Of a stretch of DNA of 64,000 bases, positions 1 to 10,741 are shown in pieces (within the stretch, counting starts at the first letter, position 1; each line of letters opens with the position of its first letter). The translations under genes and the position numbers were made by a program. The notes under the pieces are model-generated. The model did not search any database. It was not told where the DNA came from and was given only the letters and a program-made list of their open reading frames with translations. Origin of the DNA: an uncultured virus (IMG/VR IMGVR_UViG_3300024283_000012). Taxonomy: Duplodnaviria > Heunggongvirae > Uroviricota > Caudoviricetes. Location: the IMG/VR virus record IMGVR_UViG_3300024283_000012; one strand, written 5' to 3'.

Positions 1-6
1 GTATTT

Positions 7-1233
7 ATGAACCTCGTTATGACCCGCAACAAGGGTTCATTCGAGGATGTTAACGGTCGCGGATTCTATATCCCCGGCGAAATGTTCCAGAACGCAGGCG
101 TCGGTATGTTCTCCGAAGGTGGAGCGCACCCCATAGCCGGTAACCGTTTGATGAAACGCATGTCCGGTTCATACAAACGATACATGATCTCCTGCAGACT
201 GACCGCCGATGTTCTGCAATCGCAGGGCAAGAACGTTCTCGGCAATGTCCTGCCAGATAACGTCGCTTCAGACATTGCGTCACTGATGCAGTACGCGAAT
301 GAAGATGCCTATCAGGACGGCACCGGCGTCAAGGGCATCGTCGGAACTGGCACGGCGACCACTTCCCTTGTCCTGCAAACTCCGACCGGTGCGCAGAACA
401 TGCACGAATATGGGCGATACAACATCGTCACAACCGCAGGCGTTCAGCGTGGATCGTCCGAAACCTACGTCGTTCAACCGGGCATCAGCTACGTCAACAA
501 AACCGTAACGCTCGATCAAGCGGTGGCAACTTCCGGCGCAGGTGGCGCTGTGGCTGTCGGTGATCTGGTTGTGCCTGAAAACTCCGCGCTCAAAGGTCTG
601 TCTGGCCTGAAACTGCTGGTCGACAACTCCACCTCGGTCAACTTGCAGGGACTTTCGCGATCGACCTATCCGCGTTTGAAGTCGGTTGTTTTGGGTAATG
701 GCGGCACGGCAAGACCGCTGTCAACCGCGTTGTTCGATCTGATCACTAATACCCTGCTGTTGCCGCGCTCCAAAGGGGCGGAAGTTTACAACGACTTCAA
801 CGCCTTTATGTGGATCTGCCACCCCAACGCGCGCAACCAGTATCAGCAACTGGCGCAGACCGCAGGAACGATCAGCCAGCCGTTAAAGAGATTCGATGGC
901 GGTACCAAAGAGCTTGATCTGGGCTACGACGTGATTAGTTACGGCGGCAAGAAGTTCATGATCGATCCGCATTGCCCGATGGACAAGATGTGGTACGGCG
1001 ACTGGAACAAGATTGACTATTACGAATTCCTGCCTGGTCAGTTTGTTCCCTACACCGGCCGCGAGTACGGCATGACGTTTGTGCCGAACTTCTCATCCGC
1101 CGGCGCTGGCTCGATGGCAGACGCTGAAATCTATTCGTGGGGATTCAAAGGTGATCTGGGTATCAAAGACCCAGGCCCGTTCGCGCGAATTGATGACATC
1201 GATTACACCGGCTTCGCGACGGGTTTCTTTTAG
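7..1233 (+). CDS. Major capsid protein (probably 5'-truncated by the window edge)
   Basis: At least 408 aa; frame open to the window edge; HK97-like pattern recognised by eye (A-Y-Q-D-G-T-G, GLSGLKLLV, WICHP, FMIDPHCP); followed by a hairpin. Confidence 0.8.
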   Translation: MNLVMTRNKGSFEDVNGRGFYIPGEMFQNAGVGMFSEGGAHPIAGNRLMKRMSGSYKRYMISCRLTADVLQSQGKNVLGNVLPDNVASDIASLMQYANEDAYQDGTGVKGIVGTGTATTSLVLQTPTGAQNMHEYGRYNIVTTAGVQRGSSETYVVQPGISYVNKTVTLDQAVATSGAGGAVAVGDLVVPENSALKGLSGLKLLVDNSTSVNLQGLSRSTYPRLKSVVLGNGGTARPLSTALFDLITNTLLLPRSKGAEVYNDFNAFMWICHPNARNQYQQLAQTAGTISQPLKRFDGGTKELDLGYDVISYGGKKFMIDPHCPMDKMWYGDWNKIDYYEFLPGQFVPYTGREYGMTFVPNFSSAGAGSMADAEIYSWGFKGDLGIKDPGPFARIDDIDYTGFATGFF

Positions 1234-1250
1234 TCTGAATTGACGTGATC

Positions 1251-1274
1251 GGGGCGGGACGGCTCGCCCCTTTA
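1251..1274 (+). terminator. GC-rich hairpin or weak intrinsic terminator after the capsid gene
   Basis: ggggcggg-acgg-ctcgcccc followed by ttt. Confidence 0.55.
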
Positions 1275-1280
1275 ATCAAT

Positions 1281-2156
1281 ATGTCCAAATTATCAGCAGC
1301 AGACATTAAGCGAAACTTCTGGCAATCGGAAGGTGTGCCGCAGAATGAACCGCCACCGGAAAACCGCGACTGGTTCAATAAGCGACTGATCGAAATTGGC
1401 GGCATCTGTGAGGATGCAGGTGGCCGGCCGTATCTGCGCGTTATCTGGGGACAGGAAGAAACCTGTTACCGCTGGGGGATGCGCTGCATCAAATACCCCG
1501 CTGTTCACATCAAGAAGCATTTCATCCACGGTGGATGGGCCAAGAACATTCACACCGGACAGAAAATTATCCTGTCACGAGACGAAGCGATTGATGTCAA
1601 CGATCAGCGTCCAGTGGCGAGATTACCAAAGCCAGAGGACTGGATTGTTAAGCTTAACGAAGAGCATGCGGTTCAGGAGGTTGGTCGGCACAACTGGATA
1701 ATTGAATCGCTCTCCTTCCGCAATGAGGCCGACTGGAAAGCCCACCGCACGCAGTACGGCGAGTTTGCTGCTGCCGCCGGTTTCGACCCTGCGCAACTGC
1801 ACGACGCCCTCGGCGAGTATCCACGCAACGGTGTTTATGGCGAGTGTCTGGTTATCGAAGACGACAAAGGCAAATACGAGCCGCTGTCAGAAAAATGGCT
1901 GACGAAACTAAAAGCCAATATCTACGCCGCTGAACAGACCATCAACGATAGCCCTGAGCTGTCGGCAAAGAAAGCGGCTGACAGAGTTATCGAAGCCCGC
2001 AATAAGGTGACCGAAGGAATGCGTCAGGGCGTTGCCGATGTCTATGCCCACTTTTATCGACAGGCGTTAAACCTGCCCGTCGTATCCGTTCCCGAAAACT
2101 ACACAAAGGAAATGAACAATGTCGAGTCAACTGATTCAGTCGTCAGCCCCGCTTGA
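1281..2156 (+). CDS. Hypothetical protein, head module
   Basis: Long ORF; ATG at 1281 just after the hairpin. Confidence 0.65.
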   Translation: MSKLSAADIKRNFWQSEGVPQNEPPPENRDWFNKRLIEIGGICEDAGGRPYLRVIWGQEETCYRWGMRCIKYPAVHIKKHFIHGGWAKNIHTGQKIILSRDEAIDVNDQRPVARLPKPEDWIVKLNEEHAVQEVGRHNWIIESLSFRNEADWKAHRTQYGEFAAAAGFDPAQLHDALGEYPRNGVYGECLVIEDDKGKYEPLSEKWLTKLKANIYAAEQTINDSPELSAKKAADRVIEARNKVTEGMRQGVADVYAHFYRQALNLPVVSVPENYTKEMNNVESTDSVVSPA

Positions 2157-3063
2157 ATCGATCTTTAATCCGGGTGCTGCGCCGCGACCCACAGGCGATA
2201 AGATCGTAACCGATCGTCACCCGCGCTTTGTATTCAGCGCAGGCCAGCCGCTGTATCTGTCCGGTGACGCCTGGAAGCACGGCCTTGGCACGATTCCCCG
2301 CTCGATCATCACGAAGATTGATCCGTTCTATACCCAGATCATGCGACCGCCGCAGGAAAGTCCGCCGCCGGGCACCGGTATGGATAACGGACTGATCCCT
2401 GACACACGCGAACCGCGAGGAATCGCAGAGGACGTGCTGAACAATTCGTATTTTGGCGTGTCGAGTCTTGACGCTCTTGTCGGTGAATCGCCTTACGACA
2501 CTGCGCAAATCCTGACGATTGTTTTCCCGCGACTGCTGCCGACCGCGCCGGCTGAGTTAATACCCGACACGCACAGAAAGCTCGGTGATGTGATAGCGGA
2601 GTGCAAAGACTCGATCAGGCAACTGGAATCGCGGTTACGACCCATTGCCGGTAGATGCGTCGAAAGCATCGACTGGGCGCGCAACAAAGCCCACGAATGG
2701 CAGAACTTCTGGATTAACAAACGCGAGTCTGAGCGATCAGAAGCGTCCCGCGCAGGCGGCAAGCCCGGCAATATCAACTACGGCGAAGACGAAAATATGT
2801 ACTACGCCTGGCTGGACCGCGCGAAACCCGAGATTCGCATTGCTCAGCAGAACGCGGGCGCGCAGGCGCAGTTGCTTGAACAGCTTTTGAACGTGGTCAA
2901 GGACGGTCGCCAGCCCGACGAGATGGTGACGATTCTCGCGCAGGACAACTCGGAACTGCGACGCAAGTACGACGAGACTCAGGCACAACTCGCGGAACTG
3001 CTGAAGAGATTGCCGCCGATTGTCGTTGAAACCGCTCCCGAGACTCCGAAGAAAGCGAAGTAA
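2119..3063 (+). CDS. Hypothetical protein with C-terminal coiled coil
   Basis: 314 aa; AAGGA RBS upstream; TAATG coupling to next gene. Confidence 0.7.
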   Translation: MSSQLIQSSAPLESIFNPGAAPRPTGDKIVTDRHPRFVFSAGQPLYLSGDAWKHGLGTIPRSIITKIDPFYTQIMRPPQESPPPGTGMDNGLIPDTREPRGIAEDVLNNSYFGVSSLDALVGESPYDTAQILTIVFPRLLPTAPAELIPDTHRKLGDVIAECKDSIRQLESRLRPIAGRCVESIDWARNKAHEWQNFWINKRESERSEASRAGGKPGNINYGEDENMYYAWLDRAKPEIRIAQQNAGAQAQLLEQLLNVVKDGRQPDEMVTILAQDNSELRRKYDETQAQLAELLKRLPPIVVETAPETPKKAK

Positions 3064-3752
3064 TGGAAATCTCCGTCCTCGACAGCAGGGTTAAGTTTCT
3101 GCTTGGCAACATAGGTGATGAGCAAATCGACGCCAAGGCGCTCTTTTCCTATCGCGACAATCAGTTGAACCTGCATCTGGCGGAGATGACCGATTCGAAT
3201 AATAACCAGCGCGGTATCCAGATCACGCGGACGCTCACAGAGGGGCAACTGGATTACGTCGGGCTGCCAAGCGATTTCTTTCAGCCTATCTGGTGCGACC
3301 TGATTGACCAGTTCGGTTATCGAATCGCCTATATCGAAACGGTCAACCTGACGGAACTGAAGAACCGCGATTACGACCATCGCGCGATTGCGTTCTGGGG
3401 CACTGACCCGGTGCGCTATCGAATCTCGTGGAGCCCGGTCGGCGGCCTGACGATGCGGATTGTTTACGAGCCAGACGACGAGCACGCAAAGAATCGTTCG
3501 TCAGGGCTTGAGATTCGGGAAATCTTCGCGTGGAAAGTCGCCTGCGAGATTGCGGTAGATGTGATTGAGCTGGTCGATTACACGCCACAGATGACGATCA
3601 ATCCGAATATCCGTGAAGGAATCAAGGGTGGACTATTGCGACCCGGCGGCACTGTTGCCCGGTGGCGCGAGTCCTGGAACAAAGAGATATTTCGCGGGCC
3701 ATCCCAGGGGCCAGCTTATGTGCGCCCATTCAGCGCGTATTGCAGACCGTAG
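3063..3752 (+). CDS. Putative head-tail adaptor / tail tubular-like protein
   Basis: 229 aa; position after capsid; adaptor-like Y-x-x-LPSDF motif. Confidence 0.5.
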   Translation: MEISVLDSRVKFLLGNIGDEQIDAKALFSYRDNQLNLHLAEMTDSNNNQRGIQITRTLTEGQLDYVGLPSDFFQPIWCDLIDQFGYRIAYIETVNLTELKNRDYDHRAIAFWGTDPVRYRISWSPVGGLTMRIVYEPDDEHAKNRSSGLEIREIFAWKVACEIAVDVIELVDYTPQMTINPNIREGIKGGLLRPGGTVARWRESWNKEIFRGPSQGPAYVRPFSAYCRP

Positions 3753-3763
3753 GAGTAACTGTT

Positions 3764-4321
3764 ATGCCGTTTTACAAGACGAAATCACTGGCTGTTGAAT
3801 TTGAATTTGCAGTTGCCGGGCAAATGTACAAAACCGTAAATGGCTTTGCGTCGTTTCCCGAAGGCACGCCGCTGCAAAAGCACAGCATCTGGAATCCTGA
3901 CACGTTCGAAGTATCGGCACTATTCGAAGCGTGGACGCAGGCAGACTTCGAGGAATTCTTTGACGTGGCAACGGATAAGGAAGTTAAGGCAATCCGTGCG
4001 CAGAACGTTAAGGACGCGCAAGTACAGGCGAGGAAAGACGCTGAGGTTGCCGTAAAAGCGGCGGAAGAAGCCACGAAACTGCGCATTGCCGACAAACAAA
4101 AGCAGGTAGCGGAGCATCCGAATCAGGACCCCGCAAACCCGATTGACCCAGGCGGCCTGGACGAACCCGCGCTCGATAAGGCGCTGTTCGATTTGAATCA
4201 TCCTGACCCGCTGACGGGATTTCCGGTGGTCGCCGTGAAGTCTGAGCCTGTCGTGGTTGCGCCAGTGCCAGCAACTCCGCCAGTGACGCCGCCTGTAGCC
4301 ACAGCACCCGTGGTTCCGTAG
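3764..4321 (+). CDS. Hypothetical protein with Pro/Val-rich C-terminus
   Basis: AGGAG RBS before ATG 3764. Confidence 0.65.
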   Translation: MPFYKTKSLAVEFEFAVAGQMYKTVNGFASFPEGTPLQKHSIWNPDTFEVSALFEAWTQADFEEFFDVATDKEVKAIRAQNVKDAQVQARKDAEVAVKAAEEATKLRIADKQKQVAEHPNQDPANPIDPGGLDEPALDKALFDLNHPDPLTGFPVVAVKSEPVVVAPVPATPPVTPPVATAPVVP

Positions 4322-4349
4322 CGAGTAATTGTGAGTAGGTTAATTACAA

Positions 4350-5258
4350 ATGGCAGCTCCGATCGTACCGTTCACAACAGCGAAAAATCAGGTGATGGAA
4401 TACCTGAACTGCGCCCGCACTTACGGTACGTTCAATGCTTCTCCGGCCGAAAAACGCTGGACCTCGGCTGGTATTGATGACGTGATTATCAATGCTGATG
4501 TCGAGTTTCAGCGTGCTGTTTGCGAAACCGACAAGCATCCGCGTCGAATCGAATACTACCAGGCCCCTGTGTCCGTTTCCTTTGGCGCTGTCCTTCCCTC
4601 CCATATCGGCCCACTCGGTCCTGTGCAGGTCACATATTCAAATGGTGAAAGCTGGGCGGGTGTTCGCGCCACTTCTGAGTGGATAAGAATCTGGAAAGAC
4701 GACCTGACTGCTCGCTCCGGTACGGGCGGAATGACCGCTGGCGGCAATACCCTGGCTCGCGCGGCCGGTTGGCTGTTTACGCAATCCGATATTGGCAAGA
4801 CGATCACAGTTGCGACCGCTGGCACGTCTGGCGGCACGCTCACAGCCACCATTACCGCAGTTGACACTGTTAATCAGACGGCAACGGTCAGCCCTGCCGC
4901 CGTCGGCACTGTTACAGGTGCTGCGACCGCGTGGGCTGGTAACAACGAATACGGCGGACTCGAAGCCTGCGAAGGACACTGGGACATCGTTGAAGAACGC
5001 GCCTATTTCATCGGCACGGCGCTGCTTGTGACTCCGTGCGAAATCGCCCGCGGAACAACATCGGCGCTAAAAGCACCGCTCGAATATATCAATGGGATTG
5101 TGGGCTGGGCGCTTGGGATGCTGCTCGCGAAAGACGGAGACCATATGGACGCGGCCAGTTTTTATATGCAGTACGCGAATATGTGTTTGCAGTTGGTGCG
5201 CGAAGGCAAGATGACCCTGCCGCCACTGATGCAGTTTGAGCCGGGACGGACAGACTAA
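4350..5258 (+). CDS. Virion structural protein (adaptor-like) carrying an inserted Thr/Ala/Gly beta module
   Basis: 302 aa; module FTQSDIGKTITV..AG..GGTLTATI shared with downstream virion genes. Confidence 0.6.
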   Translation: MAAPIVPFTTAKNQVMEYLNCARTYGTFNASPAEKRWTSAGIDDVIINADVEFQRAVCETDKHPRRIEYYQAPVSVSFGAVLPSHIGPLGPVQVTYSNGESWAGVRATSEWIRIWKDDLTARSGTGGMTAGGNTLARAAGWLFTQSDIGKTITVATAGTSGGTLTATITAVDTVNQTATVSPAAVGTVTGAATAWAGNNEYGGLEACEGHWDIVEERAYFIGTALLVTPCEIARGTTSALKAPLEYINGIVGWALGMLLAKDGDHMDAASFYMQYANMCLQLVREGKMTLPPLMQFEPGRTD

Positions 5259-5788
5259 TGGACAAGGTTGACGTAGCAAGAACAGCACAGACTCGAATCG
5301 CGCACCTGGGTGTCGCTGATTCTGGCTGGTGGCTGCCGAATATCGTCAAGCAGGTTCCGACCGCAATGCAGACGGTCGCGCAGAGTATTGCTTCGTCACC
5401 TGAAAAGAACGTGCTAACCACAACTTTCACGGTCACGCTCTCCGGCTCCGGTGATACGACAGTCGGATCACTCACGGCTGCGATTACGGCCGCTGAACCA
5501 ATCATTCTGATACCGCCGTTTGTCTCAGTGAGAGAGGCGACGGGCAAGGAATACAAGTATCAGGAAACGCGGAATCAATTAGACACGCAGGACATGGCGA
5601 ACGGCGATTGTTATTACTTCGTACAGGGAACGTCTCTGATTGCGCGAAAAGTGACCGCTGGCCCGACAACGCTCCTGGTTGTTGCCAGTTATGTACCGAC
5701 GCCTGAGAACTTCCCGAATCAGTTTAAGGATAACGTCGTTGCCGCACTCGTGGCGCTGATGCTTGGCAGCTTGGCGGGGAATAAGTAA
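5258..5788 (+). CDS. Putative structural protein
   Basis: 176 aa, TAATG coupled; loosely similar layout to 5788..6375. Confidence 0.6.
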   Translation: MDKVDVARTAQTRIAHLGVADSGWWLPNIVKQVPTAMQTVAQSIASSPEKNVLTTTFTVTLSGSGDTTVGSLTAAITAAEPIILIPPFVSVREATGKEYKYQETRNQLDTQDMANGDCYYFVQGTSLIARKVTAGPTTLLVVASYVPTPENFPNQFKDNVVAALVALMLGSLAGNK

Positions 5789-6375
5789 TGGCTCTTGATG
5801 CTAATAGATTAGCCAATGAAGCACAGTCTCGGCTGTTGATTATGCAGCCGACGCGACCGCTCGAAGGTGACTTTACCAAACACCTGACGGTCGCGCGGAA
5901 ACTGATGGCCGAACGGATTTGTTACGACCCTGCGCTCTTTGAACTGAGATGGCTGACGCTACACGGATATGTCCTTCCGCTCGTCGGCGAAACAGTTGAC
6001 CTGAACGCGCCCGGTACGGGTATTAACGACCCTGAGCCGATGCTGATACCGCGCCGTCGGGGGTTTCCTTCGGTAATTGTCGGCACGGAGAACCGGAGGG
6101 CGCGTTTTGTCGCCGATCAGGCCGCGCTTGATGATTTGCCGATGGATGACGGCGAAGTTTATTACACAGTCGTGGCTCTGACTATGTACATCGAAGGAAG
6201 TTTTACCACGACCGGTTTCGTGAACATGAGCGCGAACTGTATTCCGTTGCTCGAAAACATACCGGAGCAACTCGAGCCAATGCTTATTGATATTCTGGTC
6301 GAGGTTGCCATAGGACAGGTTACGGATCTCAAGGCCCGTGCTGATTCTGGGACCACGAAAGTGACGGCGGCATAG
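5788..6375 (+). CDS. Putative structural protein
   Basis: 195 aa, TAATG coupled. Confidence 0.6.
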   Translation: MALDANRLANEAQSRLLIMQPTRPLEGDFTKHLTVARKLMAERICYDPALFELRWLTLHGYVLPLVGETVDLNAPGTGINDPEPMLIPRRRGFPSVIVGTENRRARFVADQAALDDLPMDDGEVYYTVVALTMYIEGSFTTTGFVNMSANCIPLLENIPEQLEPMLIDILVEVAIGQVTDLKARADSGTTKVTAA

Positions 6376-6377
6376 AC

Positions 6378-6992
6378 ATGGCGAACTGGGTAAAGGCTGA
6401 TCCTGAAGGACTGCACAGATTGAAGACGCAGGCAGAAGCCAATGCGCGACATCTGAGCGGCCGGGTAAACCAGCGCCTGTCATCAATCGATCACGATATG
6501 AAGATCCACCATCAGCAGGTTGCCTTGTCGGCCGCAAACCTGGCGAACTGGCAAAACGACGCGACCGTACCGGAAGAAAAGATCGAGAAAGAACGACGCA
6601 GACTGGCTGATGCCTTGATGCGAACGGGGGAAATCGACAAGGCAATAGAGATTGCGCCTGAAGGATCGGACACAAGGGAGCGAGCCGTCGCGCTGAAAGC
6701 TGCTATTGAATTGGATGACAAAGCCGCGTGTGACTGCAAGGCGCACGAGCATCGCGGGCGAGTGTTCAGCGGATCACACGCTCTCTTGACTCATATCTTT
6801 TCGAAGAAACACGGCAAGACCATGCCGGTTCGCAGATGCGGCGAGTGCGGTCATTTAAACGTCACAGAAGAAAATCCGCATCCACAGATGACGCCTGAAC
6901 AAGAGAAGCGATTAGGACACGCGAGCGAAGCTGACAGAGCGAAGTACGCGCAGATGTATGCGCTCGGATTGAAAGCGAGAGCCTTGAAATAA
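6378..6992 (+). CDS. Hypothetical protein with TPR-like helices and Zn-binding motifs
   Basis: LADALMRTGEIDKAI, CDC and CGECGH motifs. Confidence 0.6.
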   Translation: MANWVKADPEGLHRLKTQAEANARHLSGRVNQRLSSIDHDMKIHHQQVALSAANLANWQNDATVPEEKIEKERRRLADALMRTGEIDKAIEIAPEGSDTRERAVALKAAIELDDKAACDCKAHEHRGRVFSGSHALLTHIFSKKHGKTMPVRRCGECGHLNVTEENPHPQMTPEQEKRLGHASEADRAKYAQMYALGLKARALK

Positions 6993-9226
6993 TGCTTTTG
7001 GATTTCCAGCCAATTAGAGTTGACGGCGGTTTCATCGGGGATTTGGTTATGCCAGATTCCGTGGACACGTCCGCCCTGCTCACTGGAAGCGCGAATGTCA
7101 TCTACTCGCGAACACGTCAGGGCTATCGCCAATTAGAGACTTACGGTGGCTACACGGCCAGCTCATTGAATCGTCGCAATCCGGTCATAGTCGAAGCCGG
7201 CAGCACATATACGATGCTCGATCGCGGCAACGCGCAGCAATATGTTTCGAAGACCCTGTTTATCATCGGCGGCACTGGAGCGATATTCTGTCCTGATCCG
7301 ACATCGGGAACGCTGACCAATATCGGCACAAATTCATCCATTCTGCAGCTATTCACGATCACTGGTGGTCATTATAACGCAGGTGTTCAGGCCGGACTTG
7401 CCGCTCCTGACGCGCCGGAACTGGCAGCACGCACCGATCTTGGGCCGGGAATGATTGGCAAGAACACTGGCACATACTCGGGTGTCGTCACGAAGGTTCG
7501 ATCAACGACTGGCGCTGAGAGTAATCCATCGCCCGCAACGCCGATTGTGGTCGCCGCCGGTCAATCAATGCGATTGACCCTGCCGCCTGAGCCAGTGGAC
7601 GGCACTGACGCGTGGCGCTGGTATCCGACGCCGCCGGGACTAGCCGCGCTGGGTCCGTATTTCCTCTATCAACCGGACATTCGGGAAGCCCAGATTTCCA
7701 GCGGCGATGGCCACGGAACAATCACGGCAACACAGTTCACTCTTACCCGAACATCTGGCGATTTGTGGACCGCCGATGACGCAGGAAAGACTATTACAGT
7801 TGTCGGGGCTGGGGTGGCCGCCGCGACACTAACAACGACTATCGCCTCGGTCGATGTGGTCAACCAGATCGCGACCTTAACTGATGCGGCCAGCACAACA
7901 GCGACAGCACAGGTGACGCATTGGGCGTCGATCGTAGACGGAGTGGAGCGGTCAACAGAGATTGAATGGCTGGGCGGCGAACTACTCGGCATTATTCCTC
8001 CAACGGACGCCAATCCGCCGGAAGCCGGAATGTTCGTTGTCTCGATTGCCGATGTGGTCGCGGTTATCGGTACATTCGACGGCATGGGCGTCAGTGTCTC
8101 GCGGCCGGGATTCCCTGAGAGCTATCCTGCGAGATGGGCACAGTTCCTGCCGGAGCCTGCCGTGTGTGTAATCGGACGACCGCAGGACGGGTTTATCTAC
8201 ATTCTGTGCGCAAACTCCGTCCATCAACTGATCTGGACTGGCGCAACCGACGGCCCGCCCCTGGTCCTCCGGCCTATCTGGGACCGTCACGGCTGCGCCG
8301 GTCAGTTATCTGCCTGCGTGGTTGGCAAGATTCTCTATTGGGCAACGCCGACAGGCAAGTTTATGCGTGCGCAACCAGACGGCAACGTAGACCTCGATTT
8401 CGGCGCAGAAGTCGAGACGGAAACTCTCGCGTGGACCGCTAGCCAGACAATCGTTACCTATGACGAGAATCGCCGAACCGTGCTGTTTGCCAATGGCGTG
8501 ACCTGCTATCCGTTTATGCTCGGCTCAAATGAGATGTGGAGCGCGAAACTGGACAGCCCTACTATCGCAGCTGCGGGAAGCACACCACAGACTTTCACGT
8601 CAGGGATAAATCTCAACGGTCGCGCAACGTTTGTTTCGCTTGATGCCGTCACCCCCGGCGCTGGTACGGTGGGAGCTGGTAGCCCAAACTTTACCAAGAC
8701 ATCGGGGGCGGCATTTACCTCTGCTGATGTAGGCAAGATTATCGCGATAACAGGCGCAGGAACTGCTGGCGGAATACTCACAACGACGATCCTGACGTTT
8801 ACCGATGCGACACACGTTGTTCTGGCGACCAACGCGATTACCGCTGTCACCGCTCAGCCGTTCACGATCTCTGCCTACAACCTCTGGCAATTCGACGGTG
8901 GAACATCAACAACAGTCGCGTGGACCTTTACCCCGGCGTGGAGAACAGGTGGCTATGCAGAACTGTTAAAAGCGGTCAAGTTGATGCTGCTCAATTATCA
9001 GGGCGGCAACACAAACAACATCACGATTACGGTCTATCGCGATTTCGATACTTCGACGGTGATTGACACGATTACTTTCCCTGCTGTTGCGGCGAAAACC
9101 ATCACCGACTGGATGTCGAGTTACGCGACGAATTGCAAGGTGTTCACGCTGTCTGTCTCGGGGACCGGCAGCGGTTATAAGTTTTTTGGACTGTGGCCCA
9201 AAGGTAGCGTGTCCAAGATTCACTAA
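6992..9226 (+). CDS. Putative tail tubular / DNA stabilisation (nozzle-like) protein
   Basis: 744 aa, beta-rich, SRPGFPESYP motif, position typical of short-tailed phages. Confidence 0.55.
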   Translation: MLLDFQPIRVDGGFIGDLVMPDSVDTSALLTGSANVIYSRTRQGYRQLETYGGYTASSLNRRNPVIVEAGSTYTMLDRGNAQQYVSKTLFIIGGTGAIFCPDPTSGTLTNIGTNSSILQLFTITGGHYNAGVQAGLAAPDAPELAARTDLGPGMIGKNTGTYSGVVTKVRSTTGAESNPSPATPIVVAAGQSMRLTLPPEPVDGTDAWRWYPTPPGLAALGPYFLYQPDIREAQISSGDGHGTITATQFTLTRTSGDLWTADDAGKTITVVGAGVAAATLTTTIASVDVVNQIATLTDAASTTATAQVTHWASIVDGVERSTEIEWLGGELLGIIPPTDANPPEAGMFVVSIADVVAVIGTFDGMGVSVSRPGFPESYPARWAQFLPEPAVCVIGRPQDGFIYILCANSVHQLIWTGATDGPPLVLRPIWDRHGCAGQLSACVVGKILYWATPTGKFMRAQPDGNVDLDFGAEVETETLAWTASQTIVTYDENRRTVLFANGVTCYPFMLGSNEMWSAKLDSPTIAAAGSTPQTFTSGINLNGRATFVSLDAVTPGAGTVGAGSPNFTKTSGAAFTSADVGKIIAITGAGTAGGILTTTILTFTDATHVVLATNAITAVTAQPFTISAYNLWQFDGGTSTTVAWTFTPAWRTGGYAELLKAVKLMLLNYQGGNTNNITITVYRDFDTSTVIDTITFPAVAAKTITDWMSSYATNCKVFTLSVSGTGSGYKFFGLWPKGSVSKIH

Positions 9227-9237
9227 GGGATTCACTA

Positions 9238-10731
9238 ATGGCTCTGTACGTTCCAGATTATGCGCAGATGTCGCGAGAACGGGCGCTCAACGATCGTCTC
9301 GATTCTGTCGAGGGCGACCTGGCGACCGCGCAGAGCCAATTGCTGTCCACGCAGGCATCGATTCCCGGTACGCCGACCATCGGCAACCGTGTTCGAAATG
9401 GTGAATTTGACTTCAACGACCTGATCTATATTCCGGCAACCTACGGCGCGGCGTCTGCTGATCGACCGTTTGGCTGGTACGCGCAGGACTCAACCGTCAA
9501 TACCGTCATCACCGAAACAGTGGCGGCCACTGAATCTGCGAAGTCCGTCAAGCTACTGAAAACGGCAACTGATGGCGTAATCAGCCTGGGCACACCGAAC
9601 ACGCTGACCTCGGCAACGGCTGCTTTTGTGGCCGGTGATGTCGGCAGCAATGTCTGGATAAAAGGCGCGGGTGTCGCTGGCGCTGACCTGCTGACAACGA
9701 TTTCAGGCTTTACGAGCGCGACCGTCGTTTCGATTACCACGGCGGCATCTACGGCTGTCACAGCAGCGTTCGTTGCGGTTTATACGACCAATACGGCCTG
9801 GCACAAAGGACAGGGGAATCTCTGGCTCGGCGGCATCGATGCTCTCTATGCTCCGATTCCAAAGACGGTGTTCTATCCCGGTAAGACCGTGTTCGTGGTC
9901 GGCAAAGTAAAGCTCAACGGCGACATGGACCGCACGGCGATTGACCCGACATGGAAACTGAGGCTTGCGATTTATAACAATGCCGCTGGTCAGCAGAAGA
10001 TCATTGAAGGCGCACCATTTGCCCTGACTGGCTCGGTAATCAGTGGCAGCGGCGCAAAGACTCGCCAGTACATTCTGGTGGTCAACACTCCGACCGCTGT
10101 CTATTACCTGTCAGATATTACGACGCCATTATCGATTGGAAGCCTGCCAGCGCCTGTGCCATCAGGAAGCTCTGGCTCGGTGTTGATTTCGTGGATTTCT
10201 TTTACCGATGCGGATAGCTACGAACTGTACCGCTCTGACACGGACGGGGGCCTCGCGAACTATTACAAGCTGATAACCATCACGAATGGCGATACCAGTT
10301 TCATCGATCAGGGTGGCCGCAATGGCAGCGCGTTTACGTTTTCGACGCAGGTCAATCCAAAGGCGCAGGCGTTTCTTGAAAAGCTCGCCAGCGGTCTGAG
10401 CAGCGATTCGTGGGAATTCTTCAAGCGCGCGATCACGATACCCGGAAAATATAGCTATGCGACGACCGACAAACAATGCCTGCGGATTGATGTAGTGGAC
10501 GACACAGACACGCCAGTAACGACGGACCCGCTGACCATAATCCTGGATCAGCTTGGCGTGGGGTTGACTGAAGGTGGATGGGACTACGCTGCCGAAGACC
10601 TGCAGTTCGTCGGCAACGTTGTTATTACGGCGCCAGATCCGAGCACGGGCGGCAGTGGCGGTGGTGGCGGTGACACTGGAGATGGTAGAGGGCGCGACCC
10701 GTTTGGTGGTGGACCTTTCTTTGGTCTGTAG
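9238..10731 (+). CDS. Virion structural/tail protein
   Basis: 497 aa; NRVRNGEFD motif and an FN3-like ISW...YELYRS...SFIDQG segment. Confidence 0.6.
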   Translation: MALYVPDYAQMSRERALNDRLDSVEGDLATAQSQLLSTQASIPGTPTIGNRVRNGEFDFNDLIYIPATYGAASADRPFGWYAQDSTVNTVITETVAATESAKSVKLLKTATDGVISLGTPNTLTSATAAFVAGDVGSNVWIKGAGVAGADLLTTISGFTSATVVSITTAASTAVTAAFVAVYTTNTAWHKGQGNLWLGGIDALYAPIPKTVFYPGKTVFVVGKVKLNGDMDRTAIDPTWKLRLAIYNNAAGQQKIIEGAPFALTGSVISGSGAKTRQYILVVNTPTAVYYLSDITTPLSIGSLPAPVPSGSSGSVLISWISFTDADSYELYRSDTDGGLANYYKLITITNGDTSFIDQGGRNGSAFTFSTQVNPKAQAFLEKLASGLSSDSWEFFKRAITIPGKYSYATTDKQCLRIDVVDDTDTPVTTDPLTIILDQLGVGLTEGGWDYAAEDLQFVGNVVITAPDPSTGGSGGGGGDTGDGRGRDPFGGGPFFGL

Positions 10732-10741
10732 TGAGGTAATT

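Noticed and set aside
5959..6675. 238-aa antisense ORF and many similar shadow ORFs in the track
   Set aside because: Antisense to well-supported coupled genes, no RBS or motifs; expected at this GC content
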